From Oculina patagonica (taxonomy: Eukaryota), in the NCBI RefSeq assembly GCF_052425735.1, contig NC_135759.1, forward strand, positions 29,760,001 to 29,824,000: a stretch of DNA of 64,000 nucleotides, in the 5' to 3' direction. Below the pieces are notes generated by a model. That model did no database searches. It saw only the letters and a program-made list of their open reading frames with translations, and was not told the origin of the DNA. The position numbers were made by a program, and so were the translations under genes. Of this stretch, positions 51,201 to 61,998 are shown piece after piece (within the stretch, counting starts at the first letter, position 1; every line of letters begins with the position of its first letter).

Positions 51201-53189
51201 GGGGGGGGGGGGGGTTATTCAGCAGTTTCTTATCAGCCAGCACATTAAAAAAAAAAACGCATCAATAGAAGCATTACAGACTTGCACCCATTGAAAGTCA
51301 TTGCCCGGGAAAAGTGTGGTCCCCATGATGCTTAGTGGGCATAGCGCCTTGGAACCGAGATTGCAAAAGCTGCCGCCAGTTTCGGTTTCTTTAGATCCTG
51401 AAGTGACAAATTCCCAAAAGGGAGTTGAATGTTATGCCCCTGCAGAGTCCTAAAGAGCCTGTTTATACGGAAGAGAGTTGTCCCTGGTAAGAGGGTTACC
51501 CTCTCGCCTGAACCAGATTTTAACAAGCGTTTATATGAAAAAACTGTCCCTGTTGATCGAACCAAAACTTGCATCCTGCTCCCCAAGCCAACTTTGCAAT
51601 TTCTCATATAAAAAGTTCGAAGCTATGTATAAAGAAACATATGAAAAGCTCTCTCGTCCGGGTTGGCTCGGTATGGAGAGTTGTCCTCTTACCAAGGACA
51701 ACTCTCCTCCATACAAACAGGTCCTTAGAGACAGTGCTGATGGAAATGGAGCAATTTTGCATTGTTTGGAAGTGTTGGCATGCTCTTTTTATCGAAGTGT
51801 TTATATGCACAACCTCGTGAGTGTCCAAAGAATGATAGTGCCGAATTTTGGAAATCCAGTCATCTGTTGTTGCTTATATTTTGGCGGCCGATTACACGTG
51901 AATATCGTGAACGCACATTCCAAGTCTTGTTCAAGGTTTGTTCACCAAAAGCCATGAAAATATCTTTGCTGTTGTTAGAATTTCAACGAGATTTGTTGTT
52001 GAGTCCAAAGCGAAATACTTTGGAAAGAAGGCAACCGAGGTGCAAATATTTTGTGGCACTGGATGCTTCGGCATGTGTTGTGAACAAGTTGCCGCTTTAA
52101 TTTGCCGCATGTGTTAATTACTTTCATTTAATCAAGAACTTTATTTAAACTGATTGGAAATCATTCTAACTAGAAAGATATAACAACTACTAAGAGAAAG
52201 GGCATTTGAAAGATTTACATTTTTCACCGAGCAAAATGTATAAAGAACTAATTTCAAATGGTTAAATCATCTAGTAGTGGCGACAGACAAATATATTTAC
52301 CTCCCGCGACTAACCACAAATTACCGTCTATTATTTTTCGATGAATAGAGGAATGTTTTGGCAGTCTGAGCAACAACAATGCTTGAGAAATCGACCTACA
52401 CGGGGATTACTTGATTGACAGTAAGTTACGCATCCTCTGTGTTTAATTTTTAGCTTATTTGCATTTTCCGGTGCAACGTGTTTCAATGGGCACAGTTCTG
52501 TAATGGACTGTTTAATGTTTGTTTTCAATCAATACATAAAATAACAATGAAAAAATAAATGCAGTGGACACTCATGAAAACATATACAGTAGGTTACCTC
52601 AAAACAGTTGTTGGGTTTTCTGTTCATAGAATAAAGGGCTAAATAAAAGAGGGAAGGGGGATAGGTATTAAAAAAATCTTGAAATCCTTATAACATGGTG
52701 CTTATGGATCGAGGGGGGGGGGGGGGTTGCTTTTCAAAGCATTTTTGGTAATGTGATTAATTTACAGGTACTTCATGCACAAATGCCCGACCAAAAAAAT
52801 TTAACTACATGTACAGTGACTGTTCCGTCAGAAAAGAGCAATATACACTGTGCCAGCATCCATATAAATTATTGAAGCTTGTACATATGCTAGCTAATTA
52901 AATGGTCAGTTGCGTGTATTTTTTAAGTATAAAGTTAGATTTAGATTTGCTTGAGACACGAGAAAAGGACGATATATAAAGCAACCATCATATATTATAA
53001 TTGAAAGCAAGGTGCGAAAGAAAATACTTCATTACTAACGTTAATTTCCTGAGTGAGTTAATTTCCATGAAATATCACCATGTTCTCGCTGAAATTCAAT
53101 TCAAGAAAACTCACCTTTTGAAAATATGCACGACTAACTGTCTCAAAGGGATGTTTAAAAATATAGTTAATTTCCACAAAACGGACCAT
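45254..53189 (-). CDS. PRELID2: PRELI domain-containing protein 2, 176 aa; exons 53115-53189, 50880-50937, 49557-49630, 48804-48958, 45888-45996, 45254-45313
   Basis: Spliced MVRFVEINYIFKHPFETVSRAYFQKYTCGKDTNV...VNVLPGLFKK...VEEEAWLN...NLTWSKYASLEEFS...NPNWTSFEQRGSISVNGVG...FLQRGANKGFCIMEDL matches the PRELID2 pattern (EEESWLN, LTWTQYAS, NPNWTEFIQRG); all phases are consistent. Confidence 0.9.
46023..48511. mobile_element. Non-autonomous Kolobok-like element (TTAA target, AGG termini) containing nested insertions
   Basis: TTAA-AGGTCAAATGAACA ... TGTTCATTTGACCT-TTAA; internal inverted match 46224-46265 vs 48263-48305. Confidence 0.7.
46798..48232. mobile_element. Non-autonomous element with imperfect TIRs of about 190 bp, TAG...CTA ends and 3-bp TSD (Academ-like)
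   Basis: TAGTCCATCAGCT / AGCTGATGGACTA; TTG on both sides (46795-46797, 48233-48235). Confidence 0.7.
49801..50655 (+). mobile_element. tRNA-derived SINE interrupted by later insertions
   Basis: Head 49801-49933 and tail about 50570-50655 match the SINE at 4938-5235. Confidence 0.55.
49936..50196. mobile_element. Tc1/mariner-type MITE
   Basis: TA flanks; TIR CCGTATTTTCTCGATTAAACGCC / GGCGTTTAATCGAGAAAATACGG. Confidence 0.85.
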
Positions 53190-53382
53190 TTCGTGATGGC
53201 TTCAGCCATGAAACTGCGAGGAAATATATTTCGTGCAGAATTTCGTGTGCTTTCAGAAGCAGCACCTTCCAAACACGCTTCCTTTCTCCCTGTCACGATG
53301 CGAAATATAAGAAGACTTACGATTGGACAGCTCATCTCAATTAGCCAATCAGCGCAACGCTTCTTTCAGTCCAACATGGCGG
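53190..53382. promoter_or_regulatory. Bidirectional promoter between PRELID2 and the FKBPL-like gene
   Basis: 186 bp between divergent ATGs; ATTGG at 53322 and CCAAT at 53345 in opposite orientations; YY1-like AACATGGCGG overlaps the ATG at 53376. Confidence 0.65.
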
Positions 53383-56118
53383 ATCAAAATGGTTGATTGT
53401 CACGTTGGAGCCTTTTCGAGAACAGTTACACGGAAAGGAAGCGGGCTAGAAACACCTAATTATGGCTCTTCGTGTAGAGGTAGCATTTCCTTCCTTATCT
53501 AAAAATCGAAGAGCTATTTTCTACCGCCTTGAATTGAATTTAACCAACAGTTCTCTCGTGTTGTTGCAGTGAAGTTGAAAATATTTTGTGAAGATGGCAC
53601 TGCCCTGAAGAATTGGGAGAAGGAAGTTGTTATAGGCGAAGGTAAGCATGCTATAGTTAAAAAAAACATGTTGGTAATATGTACAATAAAGTACTTCTTC
53701 ACTGTGTTGATTTTGCTGCCAGAAGAAAAGAAAATCATGTACGCGGTAAGGGGGGGTCATGCGCACAGTTCACGACTATTAAAAATGGTAAATCACGTTT
53801 CACGGAAAATAACATAGACGAGGAAGTCTTGTGCATTTAAGCCTCCATATCGAAGTGTTTTTAGTCTTGCAAGGACGATTTTGCAAAAATGACTGACTAC
53901 CTGTTCTTAAATATTTAGCCATCACGCAAATTGTGTCCAAAAGTAATCTTCCTTGCACAGCAGGTTGGTTTTTACGGAGAAAGTGCTGAATTCTAGTCAA
54001 ATATTATGATTACACAACCTTATTTTTTGCTTTCACGTGTCACAACAAGTATGTCATTCACAGTTCACGGACAATATTATTTTATAATCACGGATCACGG
54101 AAAATAAAAACGTACAATCACGTTTCACGAGAAACCCCCTTACGGCCCCTCATAATATAAATATTTCTAATTCCCTTTCAACTCCCCCCCCCTCCACACC
54201 ACAGTATACCCGTTCCCCCTGATCCCTCCTTCTACTGTACTCTGCCTCAAGGGTAAGTCTGCATTCAACCCTTAGTGCAAAGAAAATGGATTTTCCAGGT
54301 TACCCTTCGGGCAATTGCAAGTTTGAGTCCATAATGGCATGTACTAAAACCCGAAACAATGAAACGAAACGACCGAAACAAAACCACCGAAACCGCCGAA
54401 ACGACTGAAATGAAACCGCCAAAACAACCGAAACAACCGAAACGAGCGAAACAAAACAAAATTACCGAAACAAGCAAAACTTCAATATTTTCGCCACTTA
54501 CCGTACTATACACTCAGTTAAGCCTGTTATACACTCCGGTTATATAGCCTACTATTCGCTCTGGTTAGCCTACTATACACTCCGGTTAGCCTGTCTATGG
54601 TTAGTTCTCAATAATTGTAATGGGTTTTGCTTGTTTCGATGATTTCGTTTCGATTCGCTCGTTTCGGCCGTTTCGGTTGTTTCGGCGGTTTCGTTTTGGT
54701 GGTTTCGCTCGTTTCGATCGTTTCGTTTCGGTGGTTTCGTTTCGTTGTTTCGGGTTTTAGTACATGCCGTCCATAATGACATTGTTTGTATGATAGCCCA
54801 CTGAAAGGTTTTTTTCAGCGGCCTATATGTTACCTCATTGATCTGACAACAAGAAAGTCCAAAAGATGTCACTTACCCCATCAGCAATTGTTGGATAAAA
54901 TTCACTAGCCCATCAAAAAAAGACCACTAGTCCAGGGCTATCAGATAGTATTATCTTTGCGCGCTGGGCCTAGAAGCCCATCAGGCTGATCAAGCTAATC
55001 CCAGTTTCCATAACATGAAGCAACTAGGAGTATTCCTATTCCCTCCTGGCTGGGATGCTAGTCCATCACATAGTCCTTCCCCCCACCCCCTCCCTCCCGC
55101 AGCAATTAATTGCCAGTAATCATTTGTACACCTGCAGGGTTCAGAGAGGCAGTATATCAATTAGAGGCCTAAGAACACAATACAGTTACCCTGGCCAGAG
55201 CTCAAACCGTGACTCATTTGGCTGCTAAATCCAGAGTCGAGCATGCTAACCATTAAGCCACCACACCTCCTATACATACTCTGTCTCTAAAGAGATGTTT
55301 ATATTATACGTACATGTATTTTTCAGGGGACAGTGAAGCAGCAGAGTCCTTGGACAAGTGCTTAGAATGCATGCATGCTGAAGAAATCTGTGTCGTACCA
55401 TATAACAGTGAAGGCTCGGACCAAGAGTTTGGCGTGGCCTCTGAAAGAGATCTTAAATGTGAGATTGAGCTCCTCTCCTTCTTTAAGGTATGCAAAGCTC
55501 AAGTTTAATTAAGGTGATTCTATCGAAAAAGAAGTTATGGTATAATCAAATTTTTCTGAAATTTTGAGAAGTTTTGTGCATCAAAAAAAAAAAAAAAAAG
55601 AGGAGGTCACCATGCTCATTATCCTGTATAATGTGGCTACTCAGCTCAGTTCCAGACACTCCCTGCAAGTAAATTTTGGTAAATGGAATACATCAAAAAT
55701 CCCCTTTTGAAATTTCTCTTTGGGGTTCTTTGTTAACCATCTGCCAAACTGTGAATCAATGGGTTTTCCTGTGTAAATGGTAAACAACCTCCCTTTCAGG
55801 ATAATTGCATTGAAACCACAACACAATGTATAATTGTTCCACTTCTAAAAACTGTTATTAAACTGTTATTCACAGGCAAAAGAGCCTTGGGAGACTACCT
55901 CAGAGGAAAAGGTATCCTTAGCCTTGCACCATAAAGCCAAAGGAACAGACTGTTTTAAGGTAAAAGCCTCATTTAACTTAAATTTGATTAGTTGTTTCAC
56001 TGTCTTATTTTATTCATTAGTGTCTTAGGAAATTATTTCATTATATCAGTTTTAACTATCCTCTTTTTTAAATATAGAAATGTAAGCGCATTGAGTTTTT
56101 TAAATGCGCCCAAAAAAC

Positions 56119-56178
<60 letters not shown>

Positions 56179-59100
56179 TATTAACATGCATGCAGTATGA
56201 ACCTCGCTAATCAAACTCAGTTATCTCGATTGCCTTACATTTTTCAACTCAAATTCATGTCGGCTTTCCCAAACCCTCCTCTTTCTTCCTTTGAGAGTTT
56301 GATGTAGCATGGTTCAACTGTATACTTGACTTGTGTTTAACAGTGTAAACCATATGCCTGTGTTTGCATATATATGCTGATCTTCATCGTTACATCAAGA
56401 AAGAAAAACTCACCCGAATACACTGTTGAGTTATATAAGAATGCAGGAATTTTTAAGAACACAAAAGAAGTGCATAGAGAAGCACAAGGTGCAGCCGCAG
56501 TTATCAAGTGTTCTTAAAAATTCCTGCGTTCTTATAAAAAAATTCCCAAGAAGAAAGTTGTTTATTTCTTTTATAAAATGTTAAGAAATTATGCACACTC
56601 AAACTCGTGATGTAAGCCATGTGCATTATTACTCAGTCGATAAAGCACGCACATGATGTAAGCCGTGCTTAAAACTCATTTAAGTTCCTAACAAAGGACT
56701 GTATGTTTGAGTTTGGTGTAGGAGTTCTTGAGCAAAATTGGTTACTCTTAGTCAGTGAGTTTAGCGAAGAATCCAGAGGCTTCTAATCAGTTAAGAAGTC
56801 TGCCTGCATGAGGAAGTCTGTGTAAACCACAAGAACTTGCTCATTTCCAGGTCAAAGTCTTTAAGTTTAACAACTTGAGAAGTTATAAGTATTAATTACT
56901 AAGTCAATCCAGTGGATCCTCTCAACCTTTTTCTTTTCTATCAATCAGGACTACAATTGAATACAGTAGGGTTTCTTTTATCTAAGATAAAGTAGAGTTA
57001 ATGGTTGTAGCCAAGTGTTACTTCCTAATGTAGTACTTGTTGTTTCTCGCTGATGTTTGTAGTCTGGCAAATGGGTCTGTGCAGCAAGACGTTATAGCCG
57101 AGCTCTCAAACAACTGATCTTAATTGGTGAAAAAGAATCAGAAGAGCACAGTGAAGACCAAGATCAGCTGAGGATTTCTTGTCTACTTAATTTATCTGCA
57201 TGTCAAGGGAAGCTTGGACAGTATGAATTTGTTGCAACAAACTGTACTAAGGTACCTTAGAGACAGAAGAAACTACGAGTACAATTAAAACTAAAGCACC
57301 ATAATCACAAATATTTACATAGTTACATGTTTGTGCATTAATTTTTTACTTATGTGTGTGATTTGCTTTCTTGAAAACCTGCATTTATGTATTTCATGGC
57401 AATATAGTAACCTACATAATGTGATTTGCGCGATGCAGTTGTTGTGTCACCCACAAATGACCACTGCTCACCATTAGAGTTCTCAGTAGCTCAGTGGTTA
57501 GAGCGTCCGACTAGTGTACGAAAGGTGGTCGTGGGTTCGAGACCCATCTGTGAATTCAGAATTTTTTTATGAGTTCTTTCTCTACACACATCAATCCATT
57601 ATTATTATTTATTTACTCTGAGAGTACTACGTGACTGCGTGATGCAGTTAAATGTGTGTGTTCATTGACATAATGTGATTTGCACGATGCAGTCGTTGTG
57701 TCACCCACAAATGACCACTGCTCACCATTAGAGTTCTCAGTAGCTCAGTGGTTAGAGCGTCCGACTAGTGTACAGAAGGTCGTGGGTTCGAGTGCCATCT
57801 GTGAACTCAGAATTTTTTCTGAGTTCTTTCTCTCCACACATCAATCCATTATTAATTATAGTAACCTACTCCTTTTTATAGCAGTTCATGCTTGTAATTC
57901 GTTCCAGTTTTTAAACTCTTTTTATAGAACTATTTCTATTTTTATAACTATTTAGAAATATTTAGATATTTTATATCAGTTTTAAAATTGTATTTAGCGG
58001 GCCCCCTCTGGATACCAGCGACTGTGCTGAATGGGCCACCCTGCATAAATAAAGTTTACCTTACCTTACCTACCCCTTTAGGTGGCTGGTATATTGGAAG
58101 ATAATGTCCAAGACTAAAGGTTGTCAAAAAATTGAACAGTTGGCCGTGAAGCAAAGCTTTGAGGGTAACTGTGAAATCAAAAAGTTTTGGAAAGGGGTCT
58201 TCACAATATCATGTTAAAAAGGAAAAGAACTATCGTGATATTTGCGGCATAATTGTGGTTGAAATAAATGCAAATTGATCAACTGGTAACTAAAAAATGT
58301 GATTTTGTTCATTTGTTTTGCACTCCTCCATAAAATTGGGCAACTGGTGTCAAATAGGATGGGGTATATTGTCTGAAACCTTCCGTCGCATTTGTACTAA
58401 TGTGATGTGTTTTATCCAATGAGACAAAACAGAAATTAATTTGTGGGTTATAACTACTAGTATTAATAGCAACTTCTAAAAGCAACTAGTAACCTGGCCC
58501 TAGTTGTTCAAAGGGCGGATAGCGTTATACACCGGATAAATCACTATCCAGTAGATAGCCTAGTACGTTTTGTTAAGACTTATCCACTGGATAGCGATTT
58601 ATCCGGTGGATAGCGTTATCCACTTTTTGAACAACTGGGCCCTGAATTAAAGAATTATTTTATAAAAGTTGTTGTTTTAACCTGCAGGTTCTTGCTATGT
58701 TGCCAACAAATATTAAAGCTCTCTATAGAAGAGGACAGGTAAGACACTAAGCCAATAGCCTTAAAGCTGTTAACTGTCTGCAAACACAAGAATGTACTAT
58801 CATCCGCCTGTTTATTTCTTCTAACATGTTAGTCTAGTATAAAAAAGTTGTAACATTGTTTAATTGTGTCATCACTTTTTACAGGCCTTTGTTGTCTTGA
58901 ATGAATTTGAGAAGGCAAAGGCGGATTTAGAAAAGGTAATTCGACTTTATAGCCTGTGAGCAAGCTCTCTTAGAGGTTGTGGATGGAGGGAAAGAGATAT
59001 CTCATCCCCTTCATCTGCACCCCTTAGAGACCTTGATTACATGGTAGCCGGGGGTTATAGTTTAATCTAAAGAAGTTGTAGAGTGATGTTTGTCATTTAA

Positions 59101-60691
59101 TGGCTTCTGTGATACAAGACCTGTGTCTGTTACACTGTACAGAGGCTAACGGCCTGTTTTAAGTCACTTTGTAATGTACTTCCACGATGATCACATTGGC
59201 ATTACAGTCAACTCTCTCTAAGACGGACACCTTCGGGACCGGCCGTAGCTGTCCGTCTTAGAGAGGTGTCCGCTCTAGCCAGCGTAGCTTGGCGTTCTAG
59301 TCAGTCAGGGAGAGCGAGAAATCGCGCGCGCGAGCAAAGCTTTGCTCGCGCGCGCGATTTCTCGCTCTCCCTGACTGACTAGAACGCCAAGCTACGCTGG
59401 CTATGTCCGCTCTGTCGAGAGTCGAGGTAACATGACACCAGTAATTGTGAGATAATAAACCTAAACCTTTGCACAATGTAACAAACCTTTGCTAACTGCA
59501 ACAAGACTTAAATAATAAAAGGACCGTATTTGCTTGTTAAAGCAAAAATTGAGAGCTTCTATGCAAACTGTAAAACTGTAAGTAGAAAACGACCTCTTTA
59601 GTGCCCATACACGAAAGCAGAAAAGTAATGTGTTTGGTAAGTAAGCTTGGTATACACGTATCCTTAGGTCGCTGACTACATTTGCTTTAGGTCAATACGA
59701 AGTTTGGAAGTATTTTCACTAATAAAACATGATAAAAAACGCTTCTCAAGTGCCCGTTAATGATTTCAAGGTGTCCGTTGTCCGTCTTAGAGAGGTTTCC
59801 GTCTTATAGGGGTTTGGTTACAGTAAAATGACTGAAAAAAGGCAGGGACCGTCACCAGGTGTCCGTCTTATTGAGGTGTCCGTCTTATAGAGGTGTCCGT
59901 TAAGAGAGAGTTGACTGCATTTGAAAACCAGCTTGGGAAGGGAAATCAAATTGGGAGTGGGGAAAAAATTACTGCAGTTTTAAAATTAAAGCGAACAAAA
60001 GGACAGTTATCCCTGTTTATGAAGAATGCAGCATTCGTGTTTACCACCACGGTTTGTATGTGTGCTCAACTTTGCACAAGTTGCCTTTATGAGTAAGGTG
60101 GTCTAAGGTTAAAAGCTCGAGCTCCTTTCCCTCATTATTATCATAGTTAATGCCGTGTGGGAACCAATCTTTTCCCCAGAGCCCACTTTTCTTTTGGTCA
60201 GCACCAAGAACGCGGACTCTGATTTGAAAGTCCGCGTATTACAAGCTTCCTGTCGTTGTGCACAGTCTCAGAGTTTGTGCTGCTCAATGTTGATTGGCTA
60301 ACAATCGATAATGAGCACTCTGTGCATGCTTCAAACTCGGACTTGGCCTGAGCCTCTCATCAATAAAGCTGGTTTTGCCAACGAGATAGCGTGCGAGTAA
60401 GTTTTTACACGGCGCCATTCCTTCTTATGGGAAAAGTTAGCCAATGAGAACATGCATGCAAACTTTTACGGTTATCGATTTTTTTCTTTTCCGCAGGGGG
60501 GGGGGGGGGGGTGAATGTACCCATTAATTTACTATTATCTTAACATGTTCTTGGTTTTATTTCAGGCTTTAATGCTGGAACCGTTAAACAGGGCAGTGCA
60601 TGATCAACTTAGAATTCTGAAGGAGAAGGAACGAAAGCACGATGAAAAGATGTCCAGAGCGCTTGGCGCCATGTTTGGGCGTAAAGTTTAA
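53376..60691 (+). CDS. FKBP-like TPR co-chaperone (FKBPL-like; truncated PPIase-like domain plus TPR repeats), 249 aa; exons 53376-53391, 53570-53641, 55327-55487, 55876-55959, 57063-57251, 58688-58738, 58885-58935, 60566-60691
   Basis: VVIGEG...LDKCLECM...EIELLSF-KAKEPWE...HKAKGTDCFK...YSRALK...LLNLSACQ...NCTKVL...NIKALYRRGQA...AKADLEKALMLEPLNRAV...AMFG is the large-immunophilin TPR pattern; phases are consistent. The 16-nt first exon is less certain. Confidence 0.85.
54336..54768. mobile_element. Mutator-like foldback MITE with GAAAC subterminal repeats
   Basis: TIR GGCATGTACTAAAACCCGAAACAA; 9-bp TSD GTCCATAAT (54327-54335, 54769-54777). Confidence 0.85.
54968..55270 (-). mobile_element. 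tRNA-derived SINE, reverse orientation
   Basis: GCCCATCAGG...CATGAAGCAACTAGGAGTATT...GGGATGCTAGTCCATCAC...CTAACCATTAAGCCACCACACCTCC is the reverse complement of the SINE at 4938. Confidence 0.7.
57414..57853 (+). repeat. Two tandem units (about 254-bp period), each with a tRNA-like module (57477-57557, 57731-57808)
   Basis: A-box TAGCTCAGTGGTTAGAGC and B-box GGTTCGA followed by a T-run; anticodon arm imperfect; flanks also duplicated. Confidence 0.75.
58494..58644. mobile_element. Palindromic MITE
   Basis: GGCCCTAGTTGTTCAAAG...GGATAGCGTTAT pairs with ...TTTGAACAACTGGGCC; TSD not clear. Confidence 0.65.
59205..59917. mobile_element. Tc1/mariner-type non-autonomous element (CAGTCAACTC family)
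   Basis: TIR CAGTCAACTCTCTCTAA / TTAAGAGAGAGTTGACTG; same family as 11402-11574. Confidence 0.8.
59276..59403. mobile_element. Perfect 128-bp palindromic insertion with 9-bp TSD
   Basis: TAGCCAGCGTAGC...GCAAAG|CTTTGC...GCTACGCTGGCTA with no loop; TGTCCGCTC at 59267-59275 and 59404-59412. Confidence 0.9.
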
Positions 60692-61960
60692 TACACTGTC
60701 GTGAATAGTTTGAATGTATTTATTTTTGTATAATTGACGATTTTAGGTCGGCTGAGATGTCATACTAGCGTTTTAAGCTAATATCAATCTGGCACACAAA
60801 ATGCTTTTTGCATTAACTGAAACACCGTGGATGCATTGAATAATAAAAGTGTCAGCAAATATTGTGATCTGATGTGTTGTTTCCTAGCATTCATTCCCCA
60901 GAACCCGGAGCCACTACCTCTCTTTTCTCAAAAGCCTCTCCACGTGTCTGACATTTGCAGACTACAGACTAGGCTTAGCCCCTCTATTTAACGAAGCCCC
61001 GTGACTGCTATTAGGCAAACTCGTAATCTGAGCTGATTAACTACGCAACCGCGGTCTTTTATTGATACCTCTGGAATAATGCAAGGTTAGGACCACTCAG
61101 TGTACAAATGGCAGCACCAAATTGAAGCCGGGTCTCGGCGTAGATCCATTCTCGACCCCCAGAGCTCTTCTCTTTTGCGCACGACTGACGGCGAGAAGAC
61201 ACGTGCAAAAGACAATAGCTCTGGGGTCTAGAATGGACGTAGATCAGGATAAGCAATGTTAATAAAACATTAAACCAAATGCAAGGCTGAGAAAGGTTCG
61301 GGTTTTGTCTAGCCAAAGAATTGGGCAATATTTTTTAGCCTTTTTAGCTGTCGGATCAGTTCGATAGACTACCCTGGGAGCGAGCGCAAGTTAAATTGCC
61401 AAAATCACAAATGAAAACTATAAATAAACCACTTTCACTGAGCTTTTTTTTGTGGAATAGAACGGTCTCTGAGCTATCGGCCTTGATAGATGTCTCGGTG
61501 CCCCTCGGCAACACCCGGCGCGAACTATCAGCCGATCGAGCCGCCGAGCTTGAATATCGTGTTATCATTACCATTATCAGAGCCAACTGTAAACAGGCAA
61601 ACCAGAGTGTTTATTCACGCTAAACAGGGCGGAGTCTACAGTCTGCAAATTTAGCCCCTCTTGACATTTCTCCGCCGCGAAATCTCTTGTGGACGGCCCT
61701 GGAGGGATCTGGGAACGAGATCAATATTATTGTTTTGTGTCTTCGTGCGGCGCAGTAAACAAAGCAGCAAAGACGACAAGAATACAAATCTTGAAAACAA
61801 AAGATGCCAATGATTTCGACGAGTTTGCGTGTACCGTACGTAACGTAAACCATTACGGGTCATTACGTAAACCACACCAACGGGCAAAACGGTGGCATCG
61901 CATGGAACAATGGGAAAATAAACGCGCCCGCAACGTAACAGCGGACTTTGCCGCAAATTT

Positions 61961-61998
61961 TTCCTCTCTCTTTCTCTCTGCTCGCGAAGTGAAGCAAA
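61961..61998 (+). promoter_or_regulatory. Polypyrimidine (TCT/5'TOP-type) start region of RPL10A
   Basis: TTCCTCTCTCTTTCTCTCTG about 20-40 nt upstream of the ATG, typical of ribosomal protein genes. Confidence 0.6.

Noticed and set aside
51332-52100. Cluster of overlapping ORFs up to 159 aa
   Set aside because: Inside PRELID2 intron 1, overlaps repeat-like sequence, no recognisable domain or exon structure.
54265-54872. ORFs rich in ETAETT/KQPK repeats
   Set aside because: Translations of GAAAC repeats in a MITE with clear TIRs and TSD.
57477-57808. Two tRNA genes
   Set aside because: Anticodon arm is mismatched and differs between copies; treated as tRNA-derived repeats.
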